Virus record (IMG/VR): IMGVR_UViG_3300044632_001278
Strand: one strand, 5' to 3'
DNA length: 64,000 nt
Origin: a virus
The notes under the pieces are model-generated. The model made no database searches. It was not told the DNA's origin and saw only the letters and a list, made by a program, of their open reading frames with translations. The translations under genes were made by a program, and so were the position numbers. Positions 58,982-64,000 of the stretch are shown here, piece by piece (position 1 is the stretch's first letter; the number at the start of each line of letters is the position of its first letter).

Positions 58982-60808
58982 ATGAGTATGGATGTAAAAA
59001 GTCTATTGACAGGAAATATGAATCCACAAGCCAAATTGATGGCTGAAACACGTGGACTACAATCCAAGTGGGAAAAGACAGGCCTCCTAGAAGGTTGCCA
59101 AGGTGTTGAAAAAGCACATATGTCAATCCTATTGGAAAACCAAGCAAAACAATTGCTTGACGAAGCAACCACCACCGGTACCTCTACCAGTTCAGAACAA
59201 TGGGCTGGTGTAGCTCTACCATTGGTACGTCGTGTATTCGCTGAAATCGCCGCTAAGGAATTCGTCAGCGTACAACCAATGAATCTACCATCTGGTCTAA
59301 TTTTCTATCTAGACTTCAAGTATGGTACAACCGCTCCTGGTAGTGATTTGCGTAACTTGAACAACGGTAGTTCCGTAACTACCCGTGCAGGTAAGCAATT
59401 GAACGACAGTTTGTTTGGTGGTACAGGTAAGAAGTTGGGTTCAACTGATGACGCAGTACGTGGTCTATACGGTCAAGGTGCTTTTGCTTATTCAGTTCGT
59501 CCAGTAAGTAGCTCTGCTATTACCCTAGCTAAGAGTGCAACTGCAACCGCAACTGGTAACACCATCCAAACCGCTTCTTGGAACGACGTTCAATTTGCTG
59601 CTGAATTAAGCGCATCTGTCGTAGCTAAGAAGTTGTTCAAGGTTATCTTGAACCACGACGACAACACCACTGGTGTTGCTGGTCAAGGATATATGTACAA
59701 CGTTGACTTGAACGCAGTACGTTCATTCAACTTGATTTCAGGTTCAGTTGCACCAACTTCTCTAAGAAGCAATGGTTTGGTATTGAACACCTATTCAAAA
59801 GCAATTAACACTGGTAGTTTGAGCAATCCATTCTATCAATCCGTATATATCGTATCCGCTTCTAATAGCGCATTCGGTGGTGCAGCAAGCAACGTTAAGT
59901 TGATCTATAGTCTACAACCTACCGATAACCTACGTGGTGACTTCGAAGCTGGTAAGACCCCAGGTGAAGGTTCCGGTACCGCTGGTAACGTTCCTACACA
60001 AAGCATCGATACTGATATCAGTATCCCAGAAGTAAACTTGGTACTAAACAGCGAACCAATCGTTGCTAAGACCCGTAAGTTGAAAGCAGTCTGGACCCCA
60101 GAATTGGCTCAAGACTTGAACGCATATCACTCCATCGACGCAGAAGCAGAACTTACTGCTCTATTGAGTGAATATGTATCTATGGAAATCGATCTTGAAA
60201 TCCTAGACATGTTGAACGAAGCCGTTCAAGGCATAACAACCGAAGCTTGGTCCGCCCAAATCGGTGTTGAATTCAGCAAGGGATTGAATGCAACTACTGG
60301 TGAAGCAATCTTCACACGTAATGCAAACAGTTCACCAAACCGTACTGCTTACGTAAAGAGCACTTGGTTCCAAACTCTTGGAAACAAGATCCAAAAGGTA
60401 TCTAACACAATCCAAAAATTGACCCTACGTGGTGGTGCAAACTTCTTGGTCGTAAGTCCAGACGTTGCAACTATCCTAGAATCAATCCCAGGATATGTAG
60501 TAAACACTGATGGTGATCAAGCTAAGTTCGCAATGGGCGTAAGCCGCGTTGGTAGCTTTGCTTCTCGCTTCCAAGTTTACAAGAACCCATACATGACCGA
60601 TAACGTAGTATTGGTTGGTTTCCGTGGAAACAACTTCCTAGAAACCGGTGCTGTATATGCTCCATATATCCCACTAATCCAAACTCCATTGGTCTATGAT
60701 CCAGTGAACTTCACTCCACGTAGAGGCGTAATGACCCGCTACGCTAAGAAGGTAGTGCGCCCAGAGTTCTATGGAAAAGTTATTATCGGCGATCTCGATA
60801 CCGTATAA
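58982..60808 (+). CDS. Major capsid protein (gp23-like)
   Basis: LLENQ, LPLVRR, VQPMNLPSGLIFYL, AKTRKLKAVWTPELAQDLNAYH, YAPYIPL, FTPRRGVMTRYA. Confidence 0.98.
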   Translation: MSMDVKSLLTGNMNPQAKLMAETRGLQSKWEKTGLLEGCQGVEKAHMSILLENQAKQLLDEATTTGTSTSSEQWAGVALPLVRRVFAEIAAKEFVSVQPMNLPSGLIFYLDFKYGTTAPGSDLRNLNNGSSVTTRAGKQLNDSLFGGTGKKLGSTDDAVRGLYGQGAFAYSVRPVSSSAITLAKSATATATGNTIQTASWNDVQFAAELSASVVAKKLFKVILNHDDNTTGVAGQGYMYNVDLNAVRSFNLISGSVAPTSLRSNGLVLNTYSKAINTGSLSNPFYQSVYIVSASNSAFGGAASNVKLIYSLQPTDNLRGDFEAGKTPGEGSGTAGNVPTQSIDTDISIPEVNLVLNSEPIVAKTRKLKAVWTPELAQDLNAYHSIDAEAELTALLSEYVSMEIDLEILDMLNEAVQGITTEAWSAQIGVEFSKGLNATTGEAIFTRNANSSPNRTAYVKSTWFQTLGNKIQKVSNTIQKLTLRGGANFLVVSPDVATILESIPGYVVNTDGDQAKFAMGVSRVGSFASRFQVYKNPYMTDNVVLVGFRGNNFLETGAVYAPYIPLIQTPLVYDPVNFTPRRGVMTRYAKKVVRPEFYGKVIIGDLDTV

Positions 60809-60832
60809 TACTTAGTAGAAATAAAATAACTC

Positions 60833-60861
60833 AAAAACCCCAACGAAAGTTGGGGTTTTTT
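60833..60861 (+). terminator. Rho-independent terminator after the capsid gene
   Basis: AAAAACCCCAAC-GAAA-GTTGGGGTTTTT. Confidence 0.92.
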
Positions 60862-60881
60862 CTTGCACTAATAAAAAATAA

Positions 60882-60910
60882 TTGACATTACCATAGAACT
60901 TGTATATACT
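60882..60910 (+). promoter_or_regulatory. Sigma70-type promoter TTGACA-N17-TATACT
   Basis: Near-perfect consensus, ending 8 nt before the ATG. Confidence 0.8.
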
Positions 60911-60918
60911 TATATTAT

Positions 60919-61662
60919 ATGAAAAGTGGTATATACAAAATTACAAATGTTAAGAATGGCAAGTTTTATATTGGTTCTGCTAAAGATATTGATCGTCGTT
61001 GGTGGGAACATAAAAATGATTTAAAAAAGAATAAACATAAGAATCCTAAATTACAACACGCTTGGGATTTTTACGGGGAAAACAGTTTTGAATTTATTAT
61101 ATTAGAAAATGTAATAGAATGTGAATTGTTTAAACGAGAACAATTTTATTTAGATATGTTTAAACCCTATATGCGTGATATAGGTTATAATATTACCCCA
61201 ACCGCAAGTGGAGGCGATAATTTTACACATAATCCTGATAAAGAAGAAACTCGTCAGTTACTATCTGATATTAATCTAGGAGCTAAAAATCCTATGCACG
61301 GTAAAAAGCATAGTGATGAGGCTAAAGAAAGGCAACGTGATCGTGCTGTAGGACGTTATACTTTGGAGTGGTTTGTTGACAAGTATGGTATTGACAGTGG
61401 TACACTTAAGTACAAGGAGAGAAATGACAAATTGGCTAATCGTAATATTAATTACAGTTATGATAATGGATTAAAAGGCAAAAAGCGTGGTGCTATGAGT
61501 GATGAAATGAAACGTAAGATTAGTGAACAAAAGAGAAATTTTGCGCTTAGAAAGAATGAATTTGTTGATGATTTAAAGAGTGGTAGTTTTACTAACAATG
61601 CATTAAGTGAGAAGTATGGAGTATCATTAACCACGATCAAATTACATAAAAGAAAATATTAG
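60919..61662 (+). mobile_element. Free-standing GIY-YIG homing endonuclease with NUMOD3-like motifs (Seg-like)
   Basis: SGIYKITN...FYIGSA...RRW..H, REQ, GYN; NPMHGKKHSDEAK. Confidence 0.92.
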
Positions 61663-61664
61663 TT

Positions 61665-61913
61665 TTATTTTATTTCCCAAGGAAAATGTCCACTTAAAAT
61701 ACAAACAATCCAAAATTTACATCTACATATAAAACTTACAAAGTATAATCTTATAAGTCCAATTATTACTTTGATCCACATATATTCCCAATGTCTAAAT
61801 TGTTTATTTTGCGTAAATAAATTAATAATAAACAGTTTCGGGTTTGTTTTTACGAATAATAAATCTTCTTTGTATCTGGATTTTACATCCTTTAATGTAA
61901 TATAGTCTTTCAT
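61665..61913 (-). CDS. Small hypothetical protein
   Basis: ORF directly downstream of the Mom-like gene. Confidence 0.5.
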   Translation of the reverse strand: MKDYITLKDVKSRYKEDLLFVKTNPKLFIINLFTQNKQFRHWEYMWIKVIIGLIRLYFVSFICRCKFWIVCILSGHFPWEIK

Positions 61914-61917
61914 ATTT

Positions 61918-62691
61918 TTATTCGAAAAATTCGTTGGTAGATGTTACAACGATTTCTTGTACTTCTTCTTTGAACGAAGTATCTTTGGGGTAAGGTAGAA
62001 CTTTATGTTTAAGAGATTTAGTCAACTTTTTATTTTCTATTTTGTTACTGATAAACTTGATATAACGATGTTTACCACTTTCTCGTTTGCGCCAGAATGT
62101 TCTACCAATACGTTCTTTTAGTTTATCTACGCTGTGTGTTTTCCATCTTGAATATACACTTCTGCTGTGTATCCAATCATAGTTAGGAGGACCAACTAAA
62201 CTAACACTATAGTTAGGCATTATAGCGATATCTACATAGTTATCGCCTTGATATAGAAAGCCAGTTGCTTGATAGATTGTGCCTGCGTGTCCAGCTTCAC
62301 TATCCGCATAACTGAGAATACATTTGATGTGGGGATATTCAGTATTTAATAATCTAAAGCTTTCAGCTATACAATAACTTTCTATATTTTTACCATAACC
62401 ATCTGCAATCCACAGTCGTGTTAATTCTAACACATTGTTATTAGTAAGTAGTGAAGAGATACTGGTACTAGCATTTCTACCCACGGCGTTTCCATATACT
62501 AATACACCTATTAATCGTTCGTTAAAACCACCAAAGAATGTACTCTCTACATATTCTTTATAGTATACTCCATAAGCTACAGTACAAAGAGACCACTTGT
62601 GTGTATAATGATTCTTTTCAATAAGAGTTTTTGCAACATTCTTATTGATGCTTTTGATGTAAATTAATGTGGGGTCAAAATACTCCGACAT
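61918..62691 (-). CDS. Mom-like GNAT-fold DNA adenine-modification protein
   Basis: HYTH, LIGVLVYG, LELTRLW, NIES..IA, ILSYADSEAGHAGTIYQATGFLYQG, KHRY. Confidence 0.8.
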   Translation of the reverse strand: MSEYFDPTLIYIKSINKNVAKTLIEKNHYTHKWSLCTVAYGVYYKEYVESTFFGGFNERLIGVLVYGNAVGRNASTSISSLLTNNNVLELTRLWIADGYGKNIESYCIAESFRLLNTEYPHIKCILSYADSEAGHAGTIYQATGFLYQGDNYVDIAIMPNYSVSLVGPPNYDWIHSRSVYSRWKTHSVDKLKERIGRTFWRKRESGKHRYIKFISNKIENKKLTKSLKHKVLPYPKDTSFKEEVQEIVVTSTNEFFE

Positions 62692-62697
62692 TATTTC

Positions 62698-62725
62698 AGT
62701 ATAACCATATAACTCTAACTGTCAA
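62698..62725 (-). promoter_or_regulatory. Sigma70-type promoter TTGACA-N16-TATACT, ending 6 nt before the Mom-like ATG (leaderless)
   Basis: Reverse complement reads TTGACAgttagagttatatggtTATACTgaaataATG. Confidence 0.7.
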
Positions 62726-62728
62726 GAT

Positions 62729-62941
62729 TTATATTATATAAAAAAGACCTTTGGAATTATATACTACAGTTCTAATTTTGGTAGCATTAATCTTATTGAT
62801 ACCAAGTCTATCTATTACTTGAAATGGATCAGGGTGATTATTTATAGGAGCTGCCATAACTCTATCCTTTATTTTGTATACATCCAAGTCTGTATTAACA
62901 ATACTTGGATGATATTGTCTTACTAAAGGCATTGTTCTCAT
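62729..62941 (-). CDS. Small hypothetical protein (70 aa)
   Basis: ATGA overlap with the cyclase stop. Confidence 0.55.
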   Translation of the reverse strand: MRTMPLVRQYHPSIVNTDLDVYKIKDRVMAAPINNHPDPFQVIDRLGINKINATKIRTVVYNSKGLFYII

Positions 62942-64000
62942 ACTGGTTTATTTGTTGTTGGTTCTGCTTTCTTTACTCTACTAGATGGAAATGATTTGTT
63001 ACCAAAATCACTACCGTGTAAACTATACAAATGCATAACTACACCGTGTTTTACAACCACATCCCCCAAGTCATTTACTAATACATATGGTGGTCTATCA
63101 TATTTTAACATTACTGCTGAACTAACCAACAAATGATTGCTTTCACCTGCATCCATTACTCTTTGAGCATAGTTGATACCATCACCACTGATATTGAGAT
63201 TGCCATTAATATCTTCCATTGGTATTACAGGTCCACAATGTACACCCATTCTCATTTGTAAATCCGGTCTATCCTTTACTGCTTTAGCTATAGTAACTGC
63301 ACAATTCATTGCATCTTCCAAATAAGTAAAGAATCCCAATACCATACCGTCACCAGTAGGTAATATAATTAACTTTTCAAGCGCATTAGCTGTTTTGTAT
63401 TGCATTGTAGACTTAACCAATGCACCCAAATCTTTACAAGCCTTCTTTTGTTCATCTGTTGTTTTCTTACTATAAGCAACAATATCCATAAAGAATATAT
63501 AACCTTCTTGTTCTACGTCCAATTGCAATCTACCAGATTTGACTTCTACATCAACTTGTTCAACTTTCTTGACAACTTGTTTGACGGGTTTAACAACTTC
63601 TACCTTCTTTTCTTCTTTCTTTTCTACCACTGGAATATCTTTAAGTTTCAAGAAATCTTTCCAGTTAATTTTCTTAGCTGGTGCATCTTTTTTCTTTGGT
63701 TCTTTTGATGCTTGTTCTTCTTCGTGTTTCTTTATTGCAGCTTCTTCACGATTACGTTTTTCAACAAACAATGCAATTTGCTTTTTAACTTCATCTGTGA
63801 TGTATATGTTTACATCTTTTCCACCACCACCAATATCGTGTTTCTTTTTTCTTTGAGCACCTTTGGATTGCAGATATGTTTGCATTTCTACATTACCCGT
63901 CTTAAATGCCAAATCCAACGGAGCAATTTCACCTTTGAAATCTGCACCGTTAACATTCGCACCCAAATGTACCAAAAATTCCACCATATCAACATCGTTA
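62938..64000 (-). CDS. Ankyrin-repeat protein with a C-terminal class III nucleotidyl cyclase (5' end beyond window)
   Basis: Ankyrin (NDVDMVEFLVHLGANVN...PLDLAFKTGNVEM..YL...GA); cyclase FMDIVAYS, TGDG, RMGVHCGPV, GDGINYAQRV; frame open to the window edge. Confidence 0.88.
   Translation of the reverse strand, partial: NDVDMVEFLVHLGANVNGADFKGEIAPLDLAFKTGNVEMQTYLQSKGAQRKKKHDIGGGGKDVNIYITDEVKKQIALFVEKRNREEAAIKKHEEEQASKEPKKKDAPAKKINWKDFLKLKDIPVVEKKEEKKVEVVKPVKQVVKKVEQVDVEVKSGRLQLDVEQEGYIFFMDIVAYSKKTTDEQKKACKDLGALVKSTMQYKTANALEKLIILPTGDGMVLGFFTYLEDAMNCAVTIAKAVKDRPDLQMRMGVHCGPVIPMEDINGNLNISGDGINYAQRVMDAGESNHLLVSSAVMLKYDRPPYVLVNDLGDVVVKHGVVMHLYSLHGSDFGNKSFPSSRVKKAEPTTNKPV

Noticed and set aside
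50204-60808. Introns or inteins in terminase, portal or capsid genes
   Set aside because: ORFs are continuous, with expected motif spacing and no intein splice motifs
1-64000. Stop-codon reassignment as seen in some large phages
   Set aside because: Conserved genes are full length in the standard code, and TAA, TAG and TGA all end genes at tight junctions
1-64000. tRNA or rRNA genes
   Set aside because: Intergenic gaps are short and none shows a cloverleaf with T-loop/D-loop consensus by eye; tRNAscan was not run

Overview
AT-rich (roughly 30% GC by eye), gene-dense segment of a large T4-related myophage genome, translated with the standard code. From left to right it holds: two leftward genes (one partial, with a collagen-like Gly-Thr-Thr repeat); PhoH; a four-gene tail-fibre/adhesin cluster; Hsp20; a membrane coiled-coil protein; a gp55-like late sigma factor; a baseplate block (spike, gp25, gp6, large wedge and propeller proteins); RuvC-like resolvase, primase and a fused Mre11-Rad50 (gp47-gp46); an FkbM/GT4/TibC-like heptosyltransferase cluster; a very large tail sheath; a cassette of putative head-packaged proteins; terminase, portal, prohead protease, scaffold and major capsid; a free-standing GIY-YIG endonuclease; a Mom-like DNA-modification enzyme; and a partial ankyrin-class III nucleotidyl cyclase. 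The most interesting candidates are (1) unrelated enzymes (an RNA-ligase-like nucleotidyltransferase and a flavoprotein) sharing an N-terminal capsid-targeting/protease-cleavage-like tag, (2) a probable phage-encoded protein O-glycosylation system beside very Ser/Thr-rich virion proteins, (3) a TATTTATA late-promoter candidate, the reverse complement of the T4 late promoter, that appears to drive largely leaderless mRNAs, (4) an ankyrin-fused cyclase with non-canonical specificity residues, and (5) an H-type pseudoknot in an early 5' leader. All product calls come from motif recognition by eye; no database searches were run.
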